The notes under the pieces were generated by a model that saw only the letters and a list, made by a program, of their open reading frames with translations, did not search any database and was not told the DNA's origin. A program made the position numbers and the translations under genes. A DNA stretch of 64,000 nt, from contig CAZCSM010000007.1 in NCBI GenBank assembly GCA_964501355.1, positions 1,096-65,095 of the forward strand, written 5' to 3'. Each line of letters starts with the position of its first letter. Within the stretch, counting starts at the first letter, position 1. Source of the stretch: an uncultured Candidatus Saccharibacteria bacterium (GTDB lineage: Bacteria; Patescibacteriota; Dojkabacteria; CAZCSM01). Positions 30,301 through 37,310 of the stretch are shown piece by piece.

Positions 30301-33120
30301 AGGAGAATGAATGCCTTTATTTTCAAAATATATTGTTCCTGGAGATCCATAATATGCTCCACCAGAAAACTCTCCACCACCATAAGCCTGTATATTTGTT
30401 GGAAATGAACCTCCACTCAACACCTCGTATTTTATTGAAACACGCCCTCCAGAACCGCCTCCACGCCCAGCTCTACCGTTTCCACCATTAGCCTTAATGT
30501 ATCCGTCGCCAGAAAAAACACTGGTATTTATTAAAACGCTTCCTCCTGTTGCCCCCCCTCTGTTATTCAATGTACCAGAATCGTTCAAACCATTTGCTGA
30601 TATTGTACCGTTGACACTTGTCGTTCCAGTTATTTCTAATTTAATAGCCCCACCACCGCTTACACCGGTTGTTGCACCACCACTACCAAGTGAAGTTGGA
30701 GATAAAACATCTCCATATGACGACCCATCGCCAATAATCGCTCCATATCCATATCCCCCGTAACTTGATCCCCCAGATTTATAACCCGGCCCCTTAGTTG
30801 AGAGGTAGCCTTGTCCATCAGCACTTACAAAAGCCCCTGTTTCAACAGTCAAATTATCAGCTAAAACAGTTACTCCAAAATCATTGTCATAAATACCGTC
30901 GTTGTTGTTGTATGACTCCAATGTCAAGGTTTTCCCTGTTTTAACAACTATTGATATGCCTCTACAATCAATTATTCCAGCATTTACTGGAGTTGCCGAC
31001 CATGTTGTATTCGTATCAATTATTCCATCCGCATCAGGACAAGATCCAAAGGATTCTACAACAGCTAAGGTATTAGAATACCCTTCAACCAAATCTTCAT
31101 CTACACCCTTAATTTTGATACCTTCTATTGTATCATACGTTGCATTATCAATAGTTATAGTACCATTAATAAGTGTTGCTGTAGGATTAGTACATTCTGC
31201 ACCAACACAAAATATACCCGTTCCTGGTAATCCTATATCAGAAGCCAAGACCGCTGACAAATCAATAATTTCATTATTCACTAAAACTAAATTATCAAAT
31301 GAGTCTCGAGCATTAACAGTAATTATAAATTCTTGACCAATAAATACAGCATTCGGAACAATTATTTCATAATACGAAGTATGATCAGATGCAGCGGATG
31401 CCGTAAAAATCATAGGTGAACCCGAAAGACCGCTTCTTGTTGCACTTGCAGTATTATTGTTAATTCCAGCTGTTGGACCAAGGGTTAGAATTGTGGAAAC
31501 AAGCCCAAAACGATTAGAACGTACTAACCCGACATCGGTTGACCCACCCCCTAAAACTGCCGCCCACGTAACATCATGATAATAGACCGGAATTCCAGCG
31601 ACATCTGTCACCATTGCAACAAATGGTTCTGTGAGAGGGTTTAAAACTGTACCTGTTTGATTATCGCCCGATATTTTAATCAACTGTGTGGGCACATCAG
31701 ATATCATGAAATCTGCATCAGTTTCTACGTTTTCTCCGAATGAGACCCATTCACTCACCGCACCAGCTTCATCACGAACGCGAACCTGCCAATGGTAACG
31801 CTTACTTTTAGGCAAATTCTCTATCAGCCATGTAATTGGAACCTCTACTCCTGCATACGCAATTTGTGCACCAGTATGTGTAGGCGCATTTATAAAAGGA
31901 GTATTTATTTCCTGAATTTCAATTTGTGGGTAAAGAATGTCTGTTCCATCTACATCCGATACATTCATTCGAAACTGGATATCATCACTTCGTGTAGACT
32001 CTCCGACATTAAGCTTGTTTGTTACATAAACACCGTCAATTAGTTCTCTATAAGCATATTGCTCAAGAGCAGTCGGAACATTTGGATAACAAGTAGGACC
32101 GATTAAAGTTCCTTCTTGACCATTTTGCAAACCACCAATACCGCCCGATACCACAGCAGAAAGTGTCCCAACTGCAATATTATTACTTTGTGTACAAAGC
32201 AATACAACCCTTCCACCGCCGCCGCCGCCGCCACGAACTCCTGCATCAATAGCATCTCCACCAATTGCAGAAACGTCACCACCTGCACCAGACAAAATTC
32301 TCGCATCTACCCAAACAGTACCACCCGAACCGCCACCACCTGAAGCTCCAAACAAAACCTCTTCAGAGGGAAGACCGTTTGCGTTAATAGAACCATTTAT
32401 TGTAACTTCCCCCGTTGTTGCATCGAGACAATCTGTTTTCTCCGTACCAGTAAGGGTATTACACGTTGAATCGATTTTCAAGAAACCTCCACCTGCACCA
32501 CCAACTGCTCCAGTACCGGCACTCCCTCCACCACTCCCCAAATAATTGGGAAGTAAACTATCCCCATACACATCACCCCCAGCACCTCCCAGTTCTACAC
32601 CCGAAGGAGACCCCTCACCTCCTGCACCTCCATAACCACCTCCACCTCCACCAGAAAGAACCGCTCCATCTCCACCCGCTCCTGCTCCTCTAGAAATAGA
32701 ATACCCCGTACCATCAGCGTTTATAACCGCACCTACCTCCAAATCCAAGCTTCCGACCAACCAAGTAACACCGTAATCATTTTCCCAATTATCATCACCA
32801 TTATCATAACCTTGAATAGTTATTGTAACACCTGTATCGACAACGATATGGGTCATAGAACAGTCAACAACACCACCCGTTGATATAAAAGATGCAGCAT
32901 TGAGTGTAACACTTTCACCTATCGTTAACGTACTTCCAGCATAATTACCCAATGATGCAGGACAACTATCCGCCGCTCGAAGTCCGAACAATGTTTTCCA
33001 ATCAATAGTGAAGATTAATATAATAATAAGAAATGCAGCAAGTATAACGCCAGCATATCTGAACGCTTTAATATTACGCTGAATAAATTCCTTCCATTTT
33101 GCAAGGTTCTCTCGAGTCAT
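21385..33120 (-). CDS. Giant 3911 aa surface protein: glycine-rich repeats, LamG-like domain, Ig/FN3 domains, LPETG and a membrane-embedded C-terminal module
   Basis: N-terminal TM; about ten YGG..GSGG..GGGAI..I.ANG repeat units; LLLHFNE...DEIVVYNRALT (LamG-like); tandem WxT..YG..SYG FN3-like units; ELPETGDEES. Confidence 0.9.
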   Translation of the reverse strand: MTRENLAKWKEFIQRNIKAFRYAGVILAAFLIIILIFTIDWKTLFGLRAADSCPASLGNYAGSTLTIGESVTLNAASFISTGGVVDCSMTHIVVDTGVTITIQGYDNGDDNWENDYGVTWLVGSLDLEVGAVINADGTGYSISRGAGAGGDGAVLSGGGGGGYGGAGGEGSPSGVELGGAGGDVYGDSLLPNYLGSGGGSAGTGAVGGAGGGFLKIDSTCNTLTGTEKTDCLDATTGEVTINGSINANGLPSEEVLFGASGGGGSGGTVWVDARILSGAGGDVSAIGGDAIDAGVRGGGGGGGRVVLLCTQSNNIAVGTLSAVVSGGIGGLQNGQEGTLIGPTCYPNVPTALEQYAYRELIDGVYVTNKLNVGESTRSDDIQFRMNVSDVDGTDILYPQIEIQEINTPFINAPTHTGAQIAYAGVEVPITWLIENLPKSKRYHWQVRVRDEAGAVSEWVSFGENVETDADFMISDVPTQLIKISGDNQTGTVLNPLTEPFVAMVTDVAGIPVYYHDVTWAAVLGGGSTDVGLVRSNRFGLVSTILTLGPTAGINNNTASATRSGLSGSPMIFTASAASDHTSYYEIIVPNAVFIGQEFIITVNARDSFDNLVLVNNEIIDLSAVLASDIGLPGTGIFCVGAECTNPTATLINGTITIDNATYDTIEGIKIKGVDEDLVEGYSNTLAVVESFGSCPDADGIIDTNTTWSATPVNAGIIDCRGISIVVKTGKTLTLESYNNNDGIYDNDFGVTVLADNLTVETGAFVSADGQGYLSTKGPGYKSGGSSYGGYGYGAIIGDGSSYGDVLSPTSLGSGGATTGVSGGGAIKLEITGTTSVNGTISANGLNDSGTLNNRGGATGGSVLINTSVFSGDGYIKANGGNGRAGRGGGSGGRVSIKYEVLSGGSFPTNIQAYGGGEFSGGAYYGSPGTIYFENKGIHSPGQGKLIVDAASRVCLVGGNNCEKSATITAGIYNFSSIDTKRNGHVEFLGSGSSLSIANNSTIIGDGTTKILVRGSFNYLGIDTFTVNNVDLQWFGSLSGVSNVDVGAVATARLGLHANNWGTGGQYIFETFRVRGGSFVDFYGYDNANDVWTDDYGVTLEAKTITVDENATFNANGLGYGTGRGAGRGTTGASYGGYGSYYQNGVYGSVFSPSDLGSSSTLANSRGGGAIKLIAKDTYGTGSLSLSGMITSNGLLRGSGGSVYIDAELLELSSSALIVANGSGTSSYYGTADGGGGRIAIYYDNLIGLSMSDTNVQNFIRSYGGDYGDDKVSSAGAGTVYIEDRAIDNPSQGKLYVDNNDIVHYKGADTFDEARYLLKSNYAGVLSGDYNFSKIKLSRGGHVRFIGSTSSLTITDSSVLSGDASSPGLLVDGSFINLLPDTLNVNGVNLIVGGSLSGVTNLRIGNSVTGAVTLLSGTWAYGTTSQYVFGDIEVFGGSSLFIRSYESGDTLDSRDETNDYVVPLVAENITVLSGGFIDANELGYGRVRTSEKGPGYKSYAGATYGGYGESNTIDPFGSIYEPLLLGSGGSNCSGAGARGGNGGAGGGAIEITVNGSLTLLGTITSNGGGYYRTSAIGCEDRAGSGGSIFLRAQNLVGDGIIQANGKNPGTGSDGDGAGGRIAVYYVNNMGFPLSTSNIYARGTNESGPGTVYIEQLSSLSSSPSYNGDLFVDNNAVQGLSAGVPEGNYSFGSVNLTGYGDVIFFGETSILTINSGDGFQGDLTVPFAKIDGTLTYTGEGALGIESVDLGINGDIAGVSDIDIGLLSPSGMTLYAKTWARGMDNPYSFENLHIGPQGTLRCISYNSMDTDWENDFGVHLSVSDLTIDSGGSLHANGMGYGYGARFPLNSSYCGPGFTDLRAGGSYGGFSESYRDGGISTRYWPYKGGQIYGSVFRPSHLGSCGSSASTSLIGGSGGGAIDLTVDNTLTLNGVISSNGDNMYGGTSSSGGGSGGSVHIKVKDLISLGNGIISANGGTVAYSGSGGRVALYYEQNYGFLVDREHIMARGNNAGPGTVYVEQVSYFTEASENGDLYIDNGGVSGYEAGLIEDEYKFNTVNLSRYGDLVILGTNSILEIDSSSEISGDSTIPSLQIDGTLLSGNDLFVADGIHLILNGQYTGVEDLTLGSTYSGALTLIPNTWARGYEDKYEFRNLTMNLSSIIFFESHISDDDVWDNDYSAELSVANLQVSEGSIITADGNGYGRYREPQGPGWPSGTTNYGGGTYGGHGQAQSKTLTYGDLYSPKDLGSAGNDCSGIAWTYMIGGAGGGGVNIDVIDTLLINGIISANGGAGVRTGAGEECLNWGGGSGGSVLINAGTISGTGLIKANGYEGSSAQYDGGGGRVAIYYSENNGFDFGNDRVQSYGYLGGPGTIFIKQSEQQYGDLYLNNGNVIGAEGTDFFAGTYNFDNVFISQNVRARMFGDTSKLPSGLVYPELPEVDREIVADTYTTLLLHFNETEDNLCIVEELDPFDACDASVNLNHANSFGSTIVDGKYGKARKTDLLQKLEISPLNLGSTYSISAWSNFPLNTGTYGGYRILLADNTDLTSHHIVVNSNGLLGILNGGFYSSGYNVNTLTGWNHIGAVSNSGQTNFYVNGELVGTSLSQVTAPIQFLGNGGRVDRNYSWGTFDEIVVYNRALTQTEMRALFYGMPFAEYQQYLDDYDNAYNERTGGGVSFNVLDSFDLGEGSVIDGKGLGFPANDGPGVGSTGAIAGGGQGSGGGGGAYGGNGGLGASDGINGTTAGGLSYGDALRPLSLGSGGGTSGAGASGGAGGSAFSIFALSGAVNILGAIDMSGTNGRISSPGGGGGAGGSVFIKAGTVNFSSAGSISVDGGNGGDDIFDGGGGGGGRISILYGSDYVNLGLISRSGGSGYQSGQMGTALGPFGYPNNPEFLKQLLPESFEPIPIGGTAPSSVVLELTATDPNNPDILTPQFEVRPVGVDFTGTPTHTGVATNFTGTPIVIRTPITDLVNNTQYHWRARVRDDSGVFSEWVSFGGNPETSPDFIVTQMTKLVLTPSVNTINAGGFLSVQVHAEDDYGRVDTAYRGNVTFSSSDSAAVLPSDYTFVADDMGTKNFTNGVQLKTVGNRAITIIDSLNSSLTDTKNIDVLQSADDVIPLINLIPSIINNDGVASSVIEVTLLDSFDNPVIGTFVTLNATGTGNNLIQPIEATDENGKAFGRISSTVAENKVITVILNGDPQEASAILQVRDMVVPRIRNIQVTNITQTSAVISWETNEPTTGQVSYGVTSSYGNATDYINELSTTHSVTLTGLTAETLYHFQILARDASLNEVTSSDQTFTTLGYDLMITSLNISNVSTNSAIVSWTTNISASAILEYGTTTSYGQSAVISSVALNHTQTLNNLSIDTQYYIRVTAISGNLQDVETSNFSTLSSANAVQIINIKVSNITSNSAIVTFGTTKPASIVLNYGETIAYGFELTSSDYKETHSYLLENLISDTAYHFQIIASDQDGYRTRSADQMFRTLAEIPMVCAISDVLHERSSEKYLDVSWKTSCTDMICLVDYGETVAYGELVENIKPKVKAEYLQPLDISNLDDSEIHYRIICRKDEMQAKTRDYLYTNLLELPETGDEESFDWLDFIARVLIPALTTSGLLLQGLGFLSKVGGFPKLPQLWGAIFDKERKKQGWGIVFDIDKKAPIPFAIVRLYKAETNEMVEEVVTDLEGRYRFLAPEGKYTIGVEHADFVLPQASEDVMKGYDLTGKYLGGEIEVRDDFAVAYDIPLLPKAIADKDDKYHNFKDKFKVFMNKIGLWINVVGGVLMILGIIFAPTIWNFVLLGLNILILLIVAYITNVLSKNWGHVFELPMGDKVEGVFVRLFDLSDNKLINSQITDDKGRYGFLAEEGEYAVFVESPYYKQEEELKFTVEKKEKILKKNIGVSKVTDLPEELENMDTPFGM

Positions 33121-33189
33121 TGAGCAAGTTTCGAATAGATATTATCACCCAACATTAAGGTATCAAGAAGAGAGACAGGAGTCAATTAA

Positions 33190-33457
33190 TACATCGACGA
33201 AAATCGTTAACAATGGTGCCAATGTAGTAACAATATTGTATCAATGTTGTAGCAATGTCGCTCTCGCAACATTGTTTCCATATTGTTAAAACATAGACGA
33301 AACATCGACAAAACATAGTAAAACAAGTTTTAAAGAACTTAGAAAAGATTGTGTTACTATATCGGCAAAAACAAACAACTTGATTAGATATTTATCTAAA
33401 ACTTTATGACTACGTTTCAACAATGTTTGAACTATGTTTAATCAACGTTTCAACAAT
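33190..33457. repeat. ~11-bp periodic degenerate repeat arrays in alternating orientation
   Basis: caatgtagtaa-caatattgtat-caatgttgtag; aaacatagacg-aaacatcgaca-aaacatagta; actacgtttca-acaatgtttga-actatgtttaa-tcaacgtttca. Confidence 0.6.
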
Positions 33458-33531
33458 AAAAAATAATTTTGAATTGTCATAGTTCAACAAGCTCACCACA
33501 AGTTTTGAAATTTGATTTTTGCATTTTGATT

Positions 33532-34077
33532 TTAGAGACTCAGGGTCTCTTGAATTCCCTGCAACGCTTCGATCATTAACGCCAAGTGATCTGACATTTC
33601 TACACCAAGTTCATCAATTCCAACTTGCATTCTTTCTCTATCCATCTTCGCAGCGAATGATTTATCCTTTATTTTCTTGTTTACAGATTTCGGTTTCATT
33701 CCACCTAGCTTTTCGGGGCGAACAAGTGCAGCCGCAATTATTATTCCAGAAATCGAATCAACTGCATGAAGAGCTTTGTCAATTAATTCTTCTCGAACAC
33801 CTGCCGGCTTGCCATGATTTTCAATTGCTCGAATAACATCTTCCGGCAAATCTTTTGCTGATAACCATTCTCGAACTCGGAATGATGGATGTTCTTCTGG
33901 AAATTCTCCGTAATCGATATCGTGAAGAAGACCAGCAAGGCCCCAAGTTTCTATATCTTCGCCCAATTTTGCAGCATACGATCTCATTCCTGCCTCTACC
34001 GCATAAGAGTGTTGAAGTAAGTTTTCTGCAGTTACATGTTCTTTGAGTAAAGATAAAGCTTCGTCTCGTATGATCAT
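33532..34077 (-). CDS. HDIG/HD-domain metal-dependent phosphohydrolase
   Basis: HSYAVE, GLLHDIDY, EEH, AIENH, A.LVRP and KDKSFA. Confidence 0.88.
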   Translation of the reverse strand: MIIRDEALSLLKEHVTAENLLQHSYAVEAGMRSYAAKLGEDIETWGLAGLLHDIDYGEFPEEHPSFRVREWLSAKDLPEDVIRAIENHGKPAGVREELIDKALHAVDSISGIIIAAALVRPEKLGGMKPKSVNKKIKDKSFAAKMDRERMQVGIDELGVEMSDHLALMIEALQGIQETLSL

Positions 34078-34170
34078 TTTTATAATGCTTAATTAGAAAT
34101 GATTAATGTTAATTATAAAATAAACTGACAAGGGTGTCATTCCCGATTTAATCGAGAATCTATAACAACG

Positions 34171-35085
34171 TTAATCAAACCATTCTTCTAAAATCTTCTG
34201 ATGCAACACAATACGACCCTTGTTAAAATCATTTAACTCTTCCGAGTACCAAGTCAAATAATCAACCACTTGGCTATAAAAATAAATCTCCTCACGAGCT
34301 TTTCCTTCCTCGGACATTTGAAGAAAATTATTATAATAATCTAAAGAACTATTAGGTAACTCAAAGTGACGAATAAATAATCGAACTCGTGCGAAATCAT
34401 ATAGTGAATCTCCGAACATTGCTTCACTCCAATCAACAATCCCTGTAATTTCTTTTGTATCCGGATTTACAAATAAGTTCCGTTGATTGAAATCCGTATG
34501 CAAAAAAGAAAAATTATTACTTGGCAAATCTGTCTGATTTATTAGTCTGACTAATTTTTCAATCGACTCATGAATCAACTCTGGATTTAGACCATCCCGT
34601 TTTAATGTTTCTTCCCAATTAAACCAACGATGTTTTCCGGAATATTTGAAAAGTAAAATTTCCTTCCAACTTCTTCCCTCATCAAGATCATTTAGCAAGC
34701 CCGCCGAACTTGACTTTATTTGATGAATCTTCCTTAAATTTTCTAACATCGACGGTATGTAGAAAGAATATGAACCCTTATCAATACTATCTAATAGCGG
34801 GAACATTATTCTTTCAGTCACAGTTATGATGTGAGTATCAATCTCAAATTCTCCTACCATTTCGGCAACAGGAATATCAAGGCCACTATCCTTAATTAAT
34901 TTATAAGCAAGCACATCATTAATTTCATCATTTCCAACCTTTATCGCATATTCGCGCCCATTTTCTGTATTCACGAAAAAGACGGTACTGTCCATACCTT
35001 GCGGAGGAATACTCGTTGAAGTGATTTTGGTAGAAAGAATAGTTTCTACTTTTCTGATAATTTGATTTTGTAAATTTTTGTCCAC
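34171..35085 (-). CDS. Aminoglycoside phosphotransferase / choline kinase family protein
   Basis: YAIK, LHTDFNQRN (Brenner-like motif) and GIVDWSEAMFGDSLYD. Confidence 0.82.
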   Translation of the reverse strand: MDKNLQNQIIRKVETILSTKITSTSIPPQGMDSTVFFVNTENGREYAIKVGNDEINDVLAYKLIKDSGLDIPVAEMVGEFEIDTHIITVTERIMFPLLDSIDKGSYSFYIPSMLENLRKIHQIKSSSAGLLNDLDEGRSWKEILLFKYSGKHRWFNWEETLKRDGLNPELIHESIEKLVRLINQTDLPSNNFSFLHTDFNQRNLFVNPDTKEITGIVDWSEAMFGDSLYDFARVRLFIRHFELPNSSLDYYNNFLQMSEEGKAREEIYFYSQVVDYLTWYSEELNDFNKGRIVLHQKILEEWFD

Positions 35086-35099
35086 TTTCTATTTATTTT

Positions 35100-35229
35100 T
35101 TATCTGTATTCGGTTGATTAGTCGTTGAAGTCCGAAACGATAGCAGCCGGTTGCTATTTGTAAAAGGTTGATACTGGAAGGCGTGCTATTGTTTCGGAAA
35201 TTTTGGTTACTTTTGTTTGCAAAAGTAAC
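35100..35229. repeat. Structured intergenic element, family A copy 1
   Basis: Stem tccgaaacgatagca/tgctattgtttcgga plus terminal hairpin gttacttttg-ttg-caaaagtaac; homologous to copies at 39381, 58374 and 59402. Confidence 0.85.
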
Positions 35230-35252
35230 ATAAAATTATTTAAAAAACTTTT

Positions 35253-36041
35253 CTACAACCTCTCCAAAAACACCTTCGGCGATTGCAGAAAGTCTTTCAT
35301 TAACTGCACACTTTCAATGTCTTCGTATTTTATCAAGTTGAGCACTCCCTCCCTAATTTCATAGATCTCCGCATCAGGAAACGCCATCAACATCGGAGAA
35401 TGAGTTGCAATAATAAATTGTGCTCCAGTTTCAACTTGTTCTTTTATCATTGAAATAAGCGACATTTGTCTAATCGGAGAAAGTGGAACTTCAGGCTCAT
35501 CTAAAATATATAATCCTTCAGGAACAAATCTTTGAGAAAATAAATTCAGAAAGCTTTCGCCATGGGAAAAAGCATCCGGATTTTCACCATATCTTTTTTC
35601 CAGATTGTTAATCTGATTTTGCATTGCACTTGTTGAAAGGAGTTTCCCATAACCTGTGTATTTTTCAGAAAATTCTTGTTTCTGTTTTCTGAGTTCAATT
35701 TGATTTCTTGCAATTTGCCTTTGGAAACCAAAGAAGTCTTCTGCTCGCATGAAAAAACCTCGATGATTTCGGATACTCCAAGTTAGTTGAAGATTCTTTG
35801 CCAATCGACGTGCAGGTTCCAAGGTTTCGTCTTTCGTAGAATTGTCAACACCAATAATCGGAAGATCAGTTGCAACAGCAAGTGCTTCGAGAAGAGTTGA
35901 TTTTCCGGAACCATTTTCACCAACGAAAATAGTAACAGGTTTGGTAAATCGAAGTTCCTCAAGATTTCTAATCAAATCAAGAAAAAACGGATAATCCGTT
36001 TCTTCAATTTTTGATTTTAGTTTAAAAGATTGAAGCTGCAT
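35253..36041 (-). CDS. ABC/AAA-family ATPase (AAA_21-like)
   Basis: GENGSGKS Walker A, SHGESF signature, YILDEPE Walker B and IIATHS. Start trimmed to MQLQSF because the longer start runs through a palindrome. Confidence 0.88.
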   Translation of the reverse strand: MQLQSFKLKSKIEETDYPFFLDLIRNLEELRFTKPVTIFVGENGSGKSTLLEALAVATDLPIIGVDNSTKDETLEPARRLAKNLQLTWSIRNHRGFFMRAEDFFGFQRQIARNQIELRKQKQEFSEKYTGYGKLLSTSAMQNQINNLEKRYGENPDAFSHGESFLNLFSQRFVPEGLYILDEPEVPLSPIRQMSLISMIKEQVETGAQFIIATHSPMLMAFPDAEIYEIREGVLNLIKYEDIESVQLMKDFLQSPKVFLERL

Positions 36042-36068
36042 AAATTCAAAATTAAAACCATTAGTGTA

Positions 36069-36097
36069 TGTCATTGCGGGCTTGACCCGCAATCTCG
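36069..36097. repeat. TGTCA-tagged palindrome downstream of the GIY-YIG gene
   Basis: tgtcattgcgggcttgacccgcaatctcg. Confidence 0.8.
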
Positions 36098-36106
36098 CAC
36101 CGTACA

Positions 36107-36395
36107 TCAAAATAAATCTTCACCCAAATCCCGGAACTTCGGATTCGTCTCTCTAATTAAATCAATTTTCCATTCCCTCCTCCATTTCTTAATTCTCTTC
36201 TCTGCATCAATTGCATTGTTAATATTTGAGAAGGTATCGTAATATAGTAGCTTCTTCACATTATACCTTTTCGTAAAACCTTCAAAGTCTCCCGATTTAT
36301 GCTGATTAATTCTTTTTGTGAGATCGCTTGTTACACCAGTATAAAAAAACCGTATGCAATTTATTTGAAAGAATGTAAACATAGTAATCTTTCAT
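36107..36395 (-). pseudogene. GIY-YIG nuclease with a one-base frameshift in a T7 run
   Basis: MKDYYVYILSNKLHTV starts at ATG 36395 in one frame and FYTGVTSDLTKRINQHK...EKRIKKWRREWK continues in another. Removing one base of the A7 run at 36343-36349 restores a canonical protein. Confidence 0.85.
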
Positions 36396-36427
36396 TCTAC
36401 AAAGCGATAAAACAGAAAGCTTTTCTG

Positions 36428-36598
36428 TGTCACCCCGCACAGGACGAAGTCTGTGATGCGGGGTCTCGCACTTCACACCTAACTAACAGTTAATACAAAA
36501 AATCAGTAAACAATATACTCCGAGATCGCGGGTCAAGCCCGCGATGACATCACGACAGTCTTTTATTTCTGTCATCCCGCGCTTGACGCGGGATCTCG
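36428..36598. repeat. Three TGTCA/TGACA-tagged palindromes upstream of the GIY-YIG gene
   Basis: 36428-36468, 36521-36549 (cgagatcgcgggtcaagcccgcgatgaca) and 36570-36598 (tgtcatcccgcgcttgacgcgggatctcg). Confidence 0.8.
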
Positions 36599-36719
36599 GA
36601 CGACCGAACTAGCTAATTAAACAATTTTGAAAACTCATCCCAAGAAACATCAACCCCTATCTTCTGCAAGAGAAAGAAAAGAATTTGCAATACCAATATT
36701 CCAACATCTGCTTTTGAAA

Positions 36720-37217
36720 TTATCCAAGAGTGACAACTGTTGACCCCACAACGATCATAATCAAGATTACGCCCATACACCCCGAAGTTGTCCCATCTAT
36801 ATTTATGTAATCAAAAATTGATTTTCCAAACTTCGACTGAAAACTATTTGCAACAAATTCTAACTTATTCTCATTTATTACATCTCCAATGTTTTTCATT
36901 GTAGTCCGAAGAGAGATATTCTCCATATTCCCTTCTGATAACAATTTCTGTTTCATTTTATTCCAATCAGCCTTGTAAACAGTATATGTTTTGGCATATT
37001 GGTATGTAATATCGCAATTACAATACAAATCAAAAGCTTGATTCCTTTCAACAATAATCATTTGCTCTAACATTGTCTGATAACCTTCTTTTTCTTCTTT
37101 TGATACTTTTGGTGGAATATATTTTTTCACGTCAATTGGATCCGAAAGTTTTCCACAAAAAACACAGAAGAAATAATTGTTATCGAATTCTTGACCACAA
37201 CTTCTGCACTTTTTCAT
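36720..37217 (-). CDS. Zinc-ribbon domain membrane protein
   Basis: N-terminal CxxC...FCxxCG; C-terminal SGC plus hydrophobic helix. Confidence 0.75.
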   Translation of the reverse strand: MKKCRSCGQEFDNNYFFCVFCGKLSDPIDVKKYIPPKVSKEEKEGYQTMLEQMIIVERNQAFDLYCNCDITYQYAKTYTVYKADWNKMKQKLLSEGNMENISLRTTMKNIGDVINENKLEFVANSFQSKFGKSIFDYINIDGTTSGCMGVILIMIVVGSTVVTLG

Positions 37218-37310
37218 TTTGGAATATAAAATAAATTAATCATAAATGTTGTGTGCTATACACAATCATCTTAGTCCCGATGACTTCGTCAAGAATACCT
37301 CTTTAGAAGT

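Noticed and set aside
34171-35085. Bona fide aminoglycoside resistance gene
   Set aside because: The motifs support only the broad APH/choline kinase fold; the substrate cannot be inferred from sequence.
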